64,000 bases of DNA, taken from positions 22,692,001 through 22,756,000 of the forward strand of contig OZ059896.1 in assembly GCA_964057225.1 (NCBI GenBank). The letters are read 5' to 3'. The notes beneath the pieces were generated by a model. It searched no databases and was not told the DNA's origin. It saw only the letters and a list, made by a program, of their open reading frames with translations. Origin of the DNA: Auanema rhodensis (taxonomy: Eukaryota; Animalia; Nematoda). Within the stretch, counting starts at the first letter, position 1. The number at the start of each line of letters is the position of its first letter. This document shows positions 1 through 13,340 of this stretch, piece by piece. A program made the position numbers and the translations under genes.

Positions 1-66
1 TTTTAAGCTGCGTCGATCTGTGTTATCAGATTTGCGCTAGCTTAAAAATGCACCGAGATATCAACT

Positions 67-88
67 GATATAAGTTCACACTTATATC
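67..88. repeat. Perfect 9-bp inverted repeat in monomer A (representative copy)
   Basis: GATATAAGT-tcac-ACTTATATC; present in most A monomers. Confidence 0.95.
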
Positions 89-238
89 CTCGATTTTCAC
101 CCTGAAGAATTAATTTTTTCGTTGAATAACATTGTCCATCGTCTTTGCCTTAAAAAAAGGAATCTAAAAACATCTACTTTTTGCTAAATTATTCTGAAAT
201 TTTTCGAAAAAATTTTTGTCAAAATGTTTTTGGAAGCA

Positions 239-266
239 ATGTTGAGTGTACATGGAAACTCAACAT
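239..266. repeat. Second perfect 9-bp inverted repeat in monomer A (representative copy)
   Basis: ATGTTGAGT-gtacatggaa-ACTCAACAT. Confidence 0.95.
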
Positions 267-349
267 ACACTAATGCATCATTTTTCAAACGATCATAACT
301 AATTTCTGTATTAAGCGTTTCTCAATGTAGTATAGTGCATTCGATGCGG

Positions 350-400
350 ATTTTTAAGCTGCGTCGATCTGTGTTATCAGATTTGCGCTAGCTTAAAAAT
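350..400. repeat. 51-bp imperfect palindrome in monomer A (representative copy)
   Basis: ATTTTTAAGCT-GCG-tcg-ATCTG tgttat CAGAT-ttg-CGC-t-AGCTTAAAAAT: an 11-bp perfect outer stem plus 3-bp and 5-bp inner stems. Confidence 0.9.
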
Positions 401-3400
401 GCACCGAGATATCAACTGATATAAGTTCACACTTATATCCTCGATTTTCACCCTGAAGAATTAATTTTTTCGTAGAATAACATTGTCCATCGTCTTTGCC
501 TTGAAAAAAGGAATCTAAAAACATCTACTTTTTGCTAAATTATTTTGAAATTTTTCGAAAAAATTTTTGTCAAAATGTTTTTGGAAGCAATGTTGAGTGT
601 ACATGGAAACTCAACATACACTAATGCATCATTTTTCTAACGATCATAACTAATTTTTGTATTAAGCGTTTCTCAATGTAGTATAGTGCATTCGATGCGG
701 ATTTTTAAGCTGCGTCGATCTGTGTTATCAGATTTGCGCTAGCTTAAAAATGCACCGAGATATCAACTGATATAAGTTCACACTTATATCCTCGATTTTC
801 ACCCTGAAGAATTAATTTTTTCGTTGAATAACATTGTCCATCGTCTTTGCTTTGAAAAAAGGAATCTAAAAACATCTACTTTTTGCTAAATTATTTTGAA
901 ATTTTCCGAAAAAATTTTTGTCAAAATGTTTTTGGAAGCAATGTTGAGTGTACATGGAAACTCAACATACACTAATGCATCATTTTTCAAACGATCATAA
1001 CTAATTTCTGTATTAAGCGTTTCTCAATGTAGTATAGTGCATTCGATGCGGATTTTTAAGCTGCGTCGATCTGTGTTATCAGATTTGCGCTAGCTTAAAA
1101 ATGCACCGAGATATCAACTGATATAAGTTCACACTTATATCCTCGATTTTCACCCTGAAGAATTAATTTTTTCGTTGAATAACATTGTCCATCGTCTTTG
1201 CCTTAAAAAAAGGAATCTAAAAACATCTACTTTTTGCTAAATTATTCTGAAATTTTTCGAAAAAATTTTTGTCAAAATGTTTTTGGAAGCAATGTTGAGT
1301 GTACATGGAAACTCAACATACACTAATGCATCATTTTTCAAACGATCATAACTAATTTCTGTATTAAGCGTTTCTCAATGTAGTATAGTGCATTCGATGC
1401 GGATTTTTAAGCTGCGTCGATCTGTGTTATCAGATTTGCGCTAGCTTAAAAATGCACCGAGATATCAACTGATATAAGTTCACACTTATATCCTCGATTT
1501 TCACCCTGAAGAATTAATTTTTTCGTAGAATAACATTGTCCATCGTCTTTGCCTTGAAAAAAGGAATCTAAAAACATCTACTTTTTGCTAAATTATTTTG
1601 AAATTTTTCGAAAAAATTTTTGTCAAAATGTTTTTGGAAGCAATGTTGAGTGTACATGGAAACTCAACATACACTAATGCATCATTTTTCTAACGATCAT
1701 AACTAATTTTTGTATTAAGCGTTTCTCAATGTAGTATAGTGCATTCGATGCGGATTTTTAAGCTGCGTCGATCTGTGTTATCAGATTTGCGCTAGCTTAA
1801 AAATGCACCGAGATATCAACTGATATAAGTTCACACTTATATCCTCGATTTTCACCCTGAAGAATTAATTTTTTCGTTGAATAACATTGTCCATCGTCTT
1901 TGCCTTAAAAAAAAGGAATCTAAAAACATCTACTTTTTGCTAAATTATTCTGAAATTTTTCGAAAAAATTTTTGTCAAAATGTTTTTGGAAGCAATGTTG
2001 AGTGTACATGGAAACTCAACATACACTAATGCATCATTTTTCAAACGATCATAACTAATTTCTGTATTAAGCGTTTCTCAATGTAGTATAGTGCATTCGA
2101 TGCGGATTTTTAAGCTGCGTCGATCTGTGTTATCAGATTTGCGCTAGCTTAAAAATGCACCGAGATATCAACTGATATAAGTTCACACTTATATCATCGA
2201 TTTTCACCCTGAAGAATTAATTTTTTCGTTGAATAACATTGTCCATCGTCTTTGCCTTAAAAAAAGGAATCTAAAAACATCTACTTTTTGCTAAATTATT
2301 CTGAAATTTTTCGAAAAAATTTTTGTCAAAATGTTTTTGGAAGCAATGTTGAGTGTACATGGAAACTCAACATACACTAATGCATCATGTTTCAAACGAT
2401 CATAACTAATTTTTGTATTAAGCGTTTCTCAATGTAGTATAGTGCATTCGATGCGGATTTTTAAGCTGCGTCGATCTGTGTTATCAGATTTGCGCTAGCT
2501 TAAAAATGCACCGAGATATCAACTGATATAAGTTCACACTTATATCCTCGATTTTCACCCTGAAGAATTAATTTTTTCGTTGAATAACATTGTCCATCGT
2601 CTTTGCCTTAAAAAAAAGGAATCTAAAAACATCTACTTTTTGCTAAATTATTCTGAAATTTTTCGAAAAAATTTTTGTCAAAATGTTTTTGGAAGCAATG
2701 TTGAGTGTACATGGAAACTCAACATACACTAATGCATCATTTTTCAAACGATCATAACTAATTTCTGTATTAAGCGTTTCTCAATGTAGTATAGTGCATT
2801 CGATGCGGATTTTTAAGCTGCGTCGATCTGTGTTATCAGATTTGCGCTAGCTTAAAAATGCACCGAGATATCAACTGATATAAGTTCACACTTATATCCT
2901 CGATTTTCACCCTGAAGAATTAATTTTTTCGTTGAATAACATTGTCCATCGTCTTTGCCTTAAAAAAAAGGAATCTAAAAACATCTACTTTTTGCTAAAT
3001 TATTCTGAAATTTTTCGAAAAAATTTTTGTCAAAATGTTTTTGGAAGCAATGTTGAGTGTACATGGAAACTCAACATACACTAATGCATCATTTTTCAAA
3101 CGATCATAACTAATTTCTGTATTAAGCGTTTCTCAATGTAGTATAGTGCATTCGATGCGGATTTTTAAGCTGCGTCGATCTGTGTTATCAGATTTGCGCT
3201 AGCTTAAAAATGCACCGAGATATCAACTGATATAAGTTCACACTTATATCATCGATTTTCACCCTGAAGAATTAATTTTTTCGTTGAATAACATTGTCCA
3301 TCGTCTTTGCCTTAAAAAAAGGAATCTAAAAACATCTACTTTTTGCTAAATTATTCTGAAATTTTTCGAAAAAATTTTTGTCAAAATGTTTTTGGAAGCA

Positions 3401-6400
3401 ATGTTGAGTGTACATGGAAACTCAACATACACTAATGCATCATTTTTCAAACGATCATAACTAATTTCTGTATTAAGCGTTTCTCAATGTAGTATAGTGC
3501 ATTCGATGCGGATTTTTAAGCTGCGTCGATCTGTGTTATCAGATTTGCGCTAGCTTAAAAATGCACCGAGATATCAACTGATATAAGTTCACACTTATAT
3601 CCTCGATTTTCACCCTGAAGAATTAATTTTTTCGTTGAATAACATTGTCCATCGTCTTTGCCTTAAAAAAAAGGAATCTAAAAACATCTACTTTTTGCTA
3701 AATTATTCTGAAATTTTTCGAAAAAATTTTTGTCAAAATGTTTTTGGAAGCAATGTTGAGTGTACATGGAAACTCAACATACACTAATGCATCATGTTTC
3801 AAACGATCATAACTAATTTTTGTATTAAGCGTTTCTCAATGTAGTATAGTGCATTCGATGCGGATTTTTAAGCTGCGTCGATCTGTGTTATCAGATTTGC
3901 GCTAGCTTAAAAATGCACCGAGATATCAACTGATATAAGTTCACACTTATATCCTCGATTTTCACCCTGAAGAATTGATTTTTTCGTAGAATGACATTGT
4001 CCATCGTCTTTGCCTTGAAAAAAGGAATCTAAAAACATCTACTTTTTGCTAAATTATTTTGAAATTTTTCGAAAAAATTTTTGTCAAAATGTTTTTGGAA
4101 GCAATGTTGAGTGTACATGGAAACTCAACATACACTAATGCATCATTTTTCAAACGATCATAACTAATTTTTGTATTAAGCGTTTCTCAATGTAGTATAG
4201 TGCATTCGATGCGGATTTTTAAGCTGCGTCGATCTGTGTTTTCAGATTTGCGCTAGCTTAAAAATGCACCGAGATATCAACTGATATAAGTTCACACTTA
4301 TATCATCGATTTTCACCCTGAAGAATTAATTTTTTCGTTGAATAACATTGTCCATCGTCTTTGCCTTAAAAAAAGGAATCTAAAAACATCTACTTTTTGC
4401 TAAATTATTCTGAAATTTTTTGAAAACATTTTTGTCAAAATGTTTTTGGAAGCAATGTTGATTGTACATGGAAACTCAACATACACTAATGCATCATTTT
4501 TCAAACGATCATAACTAATTTTTGTATTAAGCGTTTCTCAATGTGGTATAGTGCATTCGATGCGGATTTTTAAGCTGCGTCGATCTGTGTTATCAGATTT
4601 GCGCTAGTTTAAAAATGCACCGAGATATCAACTGATATAAGTTCACACTTATATCCTCGATTTTCACCCTGAAGAATTGATTTTTTCGTTGAATAACATT
4701 GTCCATCGTTTTTGCCTTGAAAAAAGAAATCTAAAAACATCTACTTTTTGCTAAGTTATTTTGAAATTTTTCGAAAAAATTTTTGTCAAAATGTTTTTGG
4801 AAGCAATGTTGAGTGTACATGGAAACTCAACATACACTAATGCATCATTTTTCAAACGATCATAACTAATTTCTGTATTAAGCGTTTCTCAATGTAGTAT
4901 AGTGCATTCGATGCGGATTTTTAAGCTGCGTCGATCTGTGTTGTCAGATTTGCGCTAGCTTAAAAATGCACCGAGATATCAACTGATATCTGTTCACACT
5001 TATATCCTCGATTTTCACCCTGAAGAATTAATTTTTTCGTTGAATAAAATTGTCCATCGTCTTTGCCTTGAAAAAAGGAATCTAAAAACATCTACTTTTT
5101 GCTAAATTATTCTGAAATTTTTCGAAAAAATTTTTATCAAAATGTTTTTGGAAGCAATGTTGAGTGTACATGGAAACTCAACATACACTAATGCATCATT
5201 TTTCAAACGATCATAACTAATTTTTGTATTGAGCGTTTCTCAATGTAGTATAGTGCATTCGATGCGGATTTTTAAGCTGCGTCGATCTGTGTTATCAGAT
5301 TTGCGCTAGCTTGAAAATGCACCGAGATATCAACTGATATAAGTTCACACTTATATCCTCGATTTTCACCCTGAAGAATTAATTTTTTCGTTGAATAACA
5401 TTGTCCATCGTCTTTGCTTTGAAAAAAGGAATCTAAAAACATCTACTTTTTGCTAAATTATTTTGAAATTTTTCGAAAAAATTTTTGTCAAAATGTTTTT
5501 GGAAGCAATGTTGAGTGTACATGGAAACTCAACATACACTAATGCATCATTTTTCAAACGATCATAACTAATTTTTTCATTAAGCGTTTCTCAATGTAGT
5601 ATAGTGCATTCGATGCGGATTTTTAAGCTGCGTCGATCTGTGTTATCAGATTTGCGCTAGCTTAAAAATGCACCGAGATATCAACTGATATAAGTTCACA
5701 CTTATATCCTCAATTTTCACCCTGAAGAATCAATTTTTTCGTTGAATAACATTGTCCATCGTCTTTGCCTTGAAAAAAGGAATCTAAAAACATCTACTTT
5801 TTGCTAAATTATTTTGAAATTTTTCGAAAAAATTTTTGTCAAAATGTTTTTGGAAGCAATGTTGAGTGTACATGGAAACTCAACATACACTAATGCATCA
5901 TTTTTCAAACGATCATAACTAATTTTTGTATTGAGCGTTTCTCAATGTAGTATAGTGCATTCGATGCGGATTTTTAAGATGCGTCGATCTGTGTTATCAG
6001 ATTTGCGCTAGCTTGTAAATGCACCGAGATATCAACTGATATAAGTTCACACTTATATCCTCGATTTTCACCCTGAAGAATTGATTTTTTCGTTGAATAA
6101 CATTGTCCATCGTTTTTGCCTTGAAAAAAGAAATCTAAAAACATCTACTTTTTGCTAAATTATTTTGAAATTTTTCGAAAAAATTTTTGTCAAAATGTTT
6201 TTGGAAGCAATGTTGATTGTACATGGAAACTCAACATACACTAATGCATCATTTTTCAAACGATCATAACTAATTTTTGTATTGAGCGTTTCTCAATGTA
6301 GTATAGTGCATTCGATGCGGATTTTTAAGCTGCGTCGATCTGTGTTATCAGATTTGCGCTAGCTTGAAAATGCACCGAGATATCAACTGATATAAGTTCA

Positions 6401-9400
6401 CACTTATATCCTCGATTTTCACCCTGAAGAATTAATTTTTTCGTTGAATAACATTGTCCATCGTCTTTGCTTTGAAAAAAGGAATCTAAAAACATCTACT
6501 TTTTGCTAAATTATTTTGAAATTTTTCGAAAAAATTTTTGTCAAAATGTTTTTGGAAGCAATGTTGAGTGTACATGGAAACTCAACATACACTAATGCAT
6601 CATTTTTCAAACGATCATAACTAATTTTTTCATTAAGCGTTTCTCAATGTAGTATAGTGCATTCGATGCGGATTTTTAAGCTGCGTCGATCTGTGTTATC
6701 AGATTTGCGCTAGCTTGAAAATGCACCGAGATATCAACTGATATAAGTTCACACTTATATCCTCGATTTTCACCCTGAAGAATTAATTTTTTCGTTGAAT
6801 AACATTGTCCATCGTTTTTGCCTTGAAAAAAGAAATCTAAAAACATCTACTTTTTGCTAAATTATTTTGAAATTTTTCGAAAAAATTTTTGTCAAAATGT
6901 TTTTGGAAGCAATGTTGATTGTACATGGAAACTCAACATACACTAATGCATCATTTTTCAAACGATCATAACTAATTTTTGTATTGAGCGTTTCTCAATG
7001 TAGTATAGTGCATTCGATGCGGATTTTTAAGCTGCGTCGATCTGTGTTATCAGATTTGCGCTAGCTTGTAAATGCACCGAGATATCAACTGATATAAGTT
7101 CACACTTATATCCTCGATTTTCACCCTGAAGAATTGATTTTTTCGTTGAATAACATTGTCCATCGTTTTTGCCTTGAAAAAAGAAATCTAAAAACATCTA
7201 CTTTTTGCTAAATTATTTTGAAATTTTTCGAAAAAATTTTTGTCAAAATGTTTTTGGAAGCAATGTTGATTGTACATGGAAACTCAACATACACTAATGC
7301 ATCATTTTTCAAACGATCATAACTAATTTTTGTATTGAGCGTTTCTCAATGTAGTATAGTGCATTCGATGCGGATTTTTAAGCTGCGTCGATCTGTGTTA
7401 TCAGATTTGCGCTAGCTTGAAAATGCACCGAGATATCAACTGATATAAGTTCACACTTATATCCTCGATTTTCACCCTGAAGAATTAATTTTTTCGTTGA
7501 ATAACATTGTCCATCGTCTTTGCTTTGAAAAAAGGAATCTAAAAACATCTACTTTTTGCTAAATTATTTTGAAATTTTTCGAAAAAATTTTTGTCAAAAT
7601 GTTTTTGGAAGCAATGTTGAGTGTACATGGAAACTCAACATACACTAATGCATCATTTTTCAAACGATCATAACTAATTTTTTCATTAAGCGTTTCTCAA
7701 TGTAGTATAGTGCATTCGATGCGGATTTTTAAGCTGCGTCGATCTGTGTTATCAGATTTGCGCTAGCTTAAAAATGCACCGAGATATCAACTGATATAAG
7801 TTCACACTTATATCCTCAATTTTCACCCTGAAGAATCAATTTTTTCGTTGAATAACATTGTCCATCGTCTTTGCCTTGAAAAAAGGAATCTAAAAACATC
7901 TACTTTTTGCTAAATTATTTTGAAATTTTTCGAAAAAATTTTTGTCAAAATGTTTTTGGAAGCAATGTTGAGTGTACATGGAAACTCAACATACACTAAT
8001 GCATCATTTTTCAAACGATCATAACTAATTTTTGTATTGAGCGTTTCTCAATGTAGTATAGTGCATTCGATGCGGATTTTTAAGCTGCGTCGATCTGTGT
8101 TATCAGATTTGCGCTAGCTTGTAAATGCACCGAGATATCAACTGATATAAGTTCACACTTATATCCTCGATTTTCACCCTGAAGAATTGATTTTTTCGTT
8201 GAATAACATTGTCCATCGTTTTTGCCTTGAAAAAAGAAATCTAAAAACATCTACTTTTTGCTAAATTATTTTGAAATTTTTCGAAAAAATTTTTGTCAAA
8301 ATGTTTTTGGAAGCAATGTTGATTGTACATGGAAACTCAACATACACTAATGCATCATTTTTCAAACGATCATAACTAATTTTTGTATTAAGCGTTCCTC
8401 AATGTAGTATAGTGCATTCGATGCGGATTTTTAATCTGCGTCGATCTGTGTTATCAGATTTGCGCTAGCTTAAAAATGCACCGAGATATCAACTGATATA
8501 AGTTCACACTTATATCCTCGATTTTCACCCTGAAGAATTAATTTTTTTGTTGAATAACATTGTCCATCGTCTTTGCCTTGAAGAAAGGAATCTAAAAACA
8601 TCTACTTTTTGCTAAATTATTCTGAAATTTTTCGAAAAAATTTTTGTCCAAATGTTTTTGGAAGCAATGTTGATTGTACATGGAAACTCAACATACACTA
8701 ATGCATCATTTTTCAAACGATCATAACTAATTTTTGTATTAAGCGTTTCTCAATGTAGTATAGTGCATTCGATGCGGATTTTTAAGCTGCGTCGATCTGT
8801 GTTATCAGATTTGCGCTAGCTTGAAAATGCACCGAGATATCAACTGATATAAGTTCACACTTATATCCTCGATTTTCACCCTGAAGAATTGATTTTTTCG
8901 TTGAATAACATTGTCCATCGTTTTTGCCTTGAAAAAAGAAATCTAAAAACATCTACTTTTTGCTAAATTATTTTGAAATTTTTTGAAAAAATTTTTGTCA
9001 AAATGTTTTTGGAAGCAATGTTGATTGTACATGGAAACTCAACATACACTAATGCATCATTTTTCAAACGATCATAACTAATTTTTGTATTAAGCGTTTC
9101 TCAATGTAGTATAGTGCATTCGATGCGGATTTTTAAGCTGCGTCGATCTGTGTTATCAGATTTGCGCTAGCTTAAAAATGCACCGAGATATCAACTGATA
9201 TAAGTTCACACTTATATCCTCGATTTTCACCCTGAAGAATTAATTTTTTCGTTGAATAACATTGTCCATCGTCTTTGCCTTGAAGAAAGGAATCTAAAAA
9301 CATCTACTTTTTGCTAAATTATTCTGAAATTTTTCGAAAAAATTTTTGTCAAAATGTTTTTGGAAGCAATGTTGATTGTACATGGAAACTCAACATACAC

Positions 9401-12400
9401 TAATGCATCATTTTTCAAACGATCATAACTAATTTTTGTATTAAGCGTTTCTCAATGTAGTATAGTGCATTCGATGCGGATTTTTAAGCTGCGTCGATTT
9501 GTGTTATCAGATTTGCGCTAGCTTAAAAATGCACCGAGATATCAACTGATATAAGTTCACACTTATATCCTCGATTTTCACCCTGAAGAATTAATTTTTT
9601 CGTTGAATAACATTGTCCATCGTCTTTGCCTTGAAAAAAGAAATCTAAAAACATCTACTTTTTGCCATATTATTCTGAAATTTTTCGAAAAAATTTTTGT
9701 CAAAATGTTTTTGGAAGCAATGTTGAGTGTACATGGAAACTCAACATACACTAATGCATCATTTTTCAAACGATCATAACTAATTTTTGTATTGAGCGTT
9801 TCTCAATGTAGTATAGTGCATTCGATGCGGATTTTTAAGCTGCGTCGATCTGTGTTATCAGATTTGCACTAGCTTGAAAATGCACCGAGATATCAACTGA
9901 TATAAGTTCACACTTATATCCTCGATTTTCACCCTGAAGAATTAATTTTTTCGTTGAATAACATTGTCCATCGTCTTTGCCTTGAAAAAAGGAATCTAAA
10001 AACATCTACTTTTTGCCATATTATTCTGAAATTTTTCGAAAAAATTTTTGTCAAAATGTTTTTGGAAGCAATGTTGAGTGTACATGGAAACTCAACATAC
10101 ACTAATGCATCATTTTTCAAACGATCATAACTAATTTTTGTATTAAGCGTTTCTCAATGTAGTATAGTGCATTCGATGCGGATTTTTAAGCTGCGTCGAT
10201 CTGTGTTGTTAGATTTGCGCTAGCTTAAAAATGCACCGAGATATCAACTGATATCTGTTCACACTTATATCCTCGATTTTCACCCTGAAGAATTAATTTT
10301 TTCGTTGAATAACATTGTCCATCGTCTTTGCCTTGAAAAAAGGAATCTAAAAACATCTACTTTTTGCTAAATTATTCTGAAATTTTTCGAAAAAATTTTT
10401 GTCAAAATGTTTTTGGAAGCAATGTTGAGTGTACATGGAAACTCAACATACACTAATGCATCATTTTTCAAACGATCATAACTAATTTTTGTATTGAGCG
10501 TTTCTCAATGTAGTATAGTGCATTCGATGCGGATTTTTAAGCTGCGTCGATCTGTGTTATCAGATTTGCACTAGCTTGAAAATGCACCGAGATATCAACT
10601 GATATAAGTTCACACTTATATCCTCGATTTTCACCCTGAAGAATTAATTTTTTCGTTGAATAACATTGTCCATCGTCTTTGCCTTGAAAAAAGGAATCTA
10701 AAAACATCTACTTTTTGCTAAATTATTCTGAAATTTTTCGAAAAAATTTTTGTCAAAATGTTTTTGGAAGCAATGTTGAGTGTACATGGAAACTCAACAT
10801 ACACTAATGCATCATTTTTCAAACGATCATAACTAATTTTTGTATTAAGCGTTTCTCAATGTAGTATAGTGCATTCGATGCGGATTTTTAAGCTGCGTCG
10901 ATCATTGTTATCAGATTTGCGCTAGCTTGAAAATGCACCGAGATATCAACTGATATAAGTTCACACTTATATCCTCGATTTTCACCCTGAAGAATTAATT
11001 TTTTCGTTGAATAACATTGTCCATCGTCTTTGCCTTGAAAAAAGGAATCTAAAAACATCTACTTTTTGCTAAATTATTCTGAAATTTTTCGAAAAAATTT
11101 TTGTCAAAATGTTTTTGGAAGCAATGTTGAGTGTACATGGAAACTCAACATACACTAATGCATCATGTTTCAAACGATCATAACTAATTTTTGTATTAAG
11201 CGTTTCTCAATGTAGTATAGTGCATTCGATGCGGATTTTTAAGCTGCGTCGATCTGTGTTATCAGATTTGCGCTAGCTTGAAAATGCACCGAGATATCAA
11301 CTGATATGAGTTCACACTTATATCCTCGATTTTCACCCTGAAGAATTGATTTTTTCGTTGAATAACATTGTCCATCGTTTTTGCCTTGAAAAAAGAAATC
11401 TAAAAACATCTACTTTTTGCTAAATTATTTTGAAATTTTTCGAAAAAATTTTTGTCAAAATGTTTTTGGAAGCAATGTTGATTGTACATGGAAACTCAAC
11501 ATACACTAATGCATCATTTTTCAAACGATCATAACTAATTTTTGTATTAAGCGTTTCTCAATGTAGTATAGTGCATTCGATGCGGATTTTTAAGCTGCGT
11601 CGATCTGTGTTATCAGATTTGCGCTAGCTTAAAAATGCACCGAGATATCAACTGATATAAGTTCACACTTATATCCTCGATTTTCACCCTGAAGAATTAA
11701 TTTTTTCGTTGAATAACATTGTCCATCGTCTTTGCCTTGAAGAAAGGAATCTAAAAACATCTACTTTTTGCTAAATTATTCTGAAATTTTTCGAAAAAAT
11801 TTTTGTCAAAATGTTTTTGGAAGCAATGTTGATTGTACATGGAAACTCAACATACACTAATGCATCATTTTTCAAACGATCATAACTAATTTTTGTATTA
11901 AGCGTTTCTCAATGTAGTATAGTGCATTCGATGCGGATTTTTAAGCTGCGTCGATCTGTGTTATCAGATTTGCGCTAGCTTAAAAATGCACCGAGATATC
12001 AACTGATATAAGTTCACACTTATATCCTCGATTTTCACCCTGAAGAATTAATTTTTTCGTTGAATAACATTGTCCATCGTCTTTGCCTTGAAGAAAGGAA
12101 TCTAAAAACATCTACTTTTTGCTAAATTATTCTGAAATTTTTCGAAAAAATTTTTGTCAAAATGTTTTTGGAAGCAATGTTGATTGTACATGGAAACTCA
12201 ACATACACTAATGCATCATTTTTCAAACGATCATAACTAATTTTTGTATTAAGCGTTTCTCAATGTAGTATAGTGCATTCGATGCGGATTTTTAAGCTGC
12301 GTCGATTTGTGTTATCAGATTTGCGCTAGCTTAAAAATGCACCGAGATATCAACTGATATAAGTTCACACTTATATCCTCGATTTTCACCCTGAAGAATT

Positions 12401-13340
12401 AATTTTTTCGTTGAATAACATTGTCCATCGTCTTTGCCTTGAAAAAAGAAATCTAAAAACATCTACTTTTTGCCATATTATTCTGAAATTTTTCGAAAAA
12501 ATTTTTGTCAAAATGTTTTTGGAAGCAATGTTGAGTGTACATGGAAACTCAACATACACTAATGCATCATTTTTCAAACGATCATAACTAATTTTTGTAT
12601 TAAGCGTTTCTCAATGTAGTATAGTGCATTCGATGCGGATTTTTAAGCTGCGTCGATCTGTGTTGTCAGATTTGCGCTAGCTTAAAAATGCACCGAGATA
12701 TCAACTGATATCTGTTCACACTTATATCCTCGATTTTCACCCTGAAGAATTAATTTTTTCGTTGAATAACATTGTCCATCGTCTTTGCCTTGAAAAAAGA
12801 AATCTAAAAACATCTACTTTTTGCTAAATTATTCTGAAATTTTTCGAAAAAATTTTTGTCAAAATGTTTTTGGAAGCAATGTTGAGTGTACATGGAAACT
12901 CAACATACACTAATGCATCATTTTTCAAACGATCATAACTAATTTTTGTATTGAGCGTTTCTCAATGTAGTATAGTGCATTCGATGCGGATTTTTAAGCT
13001 GCGTCGATCTGTGTTATCAGATTTGCACTAGCTTGAAAATGCACCGAGATATCAACTGATATAAGTTCACACTTATATCCTCGATTTTCACCCTGAAGAA
13101 TTAATTTTTTCGTTGAATAACATTGTCCATCGTCTTTGCCTTGAAAAAAGGAATCTAAAAACATCTACTTTTTGCCATATTATTCTGAAATTTTTCGAAA
13201 AAATTTTTGTCAAAATGTTTTTGGAAGCAATGTTGAGTGTACATGGAAACTCAACATACACTAATGCATCATTTTTCAAACGATCATAACTAATTTTTGT
13301 ATTGAGCGTTTCTCAATGTAGTATAGTGCATTCGATGCGG

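Noticed and set aside
10898-10910. Singleton TG>AT variant giving CGATCAT, matching another site in the monomer
   Set aside because: A single copy and only a 7-bp match is too weak to call templated, and it could be a sequencing error.
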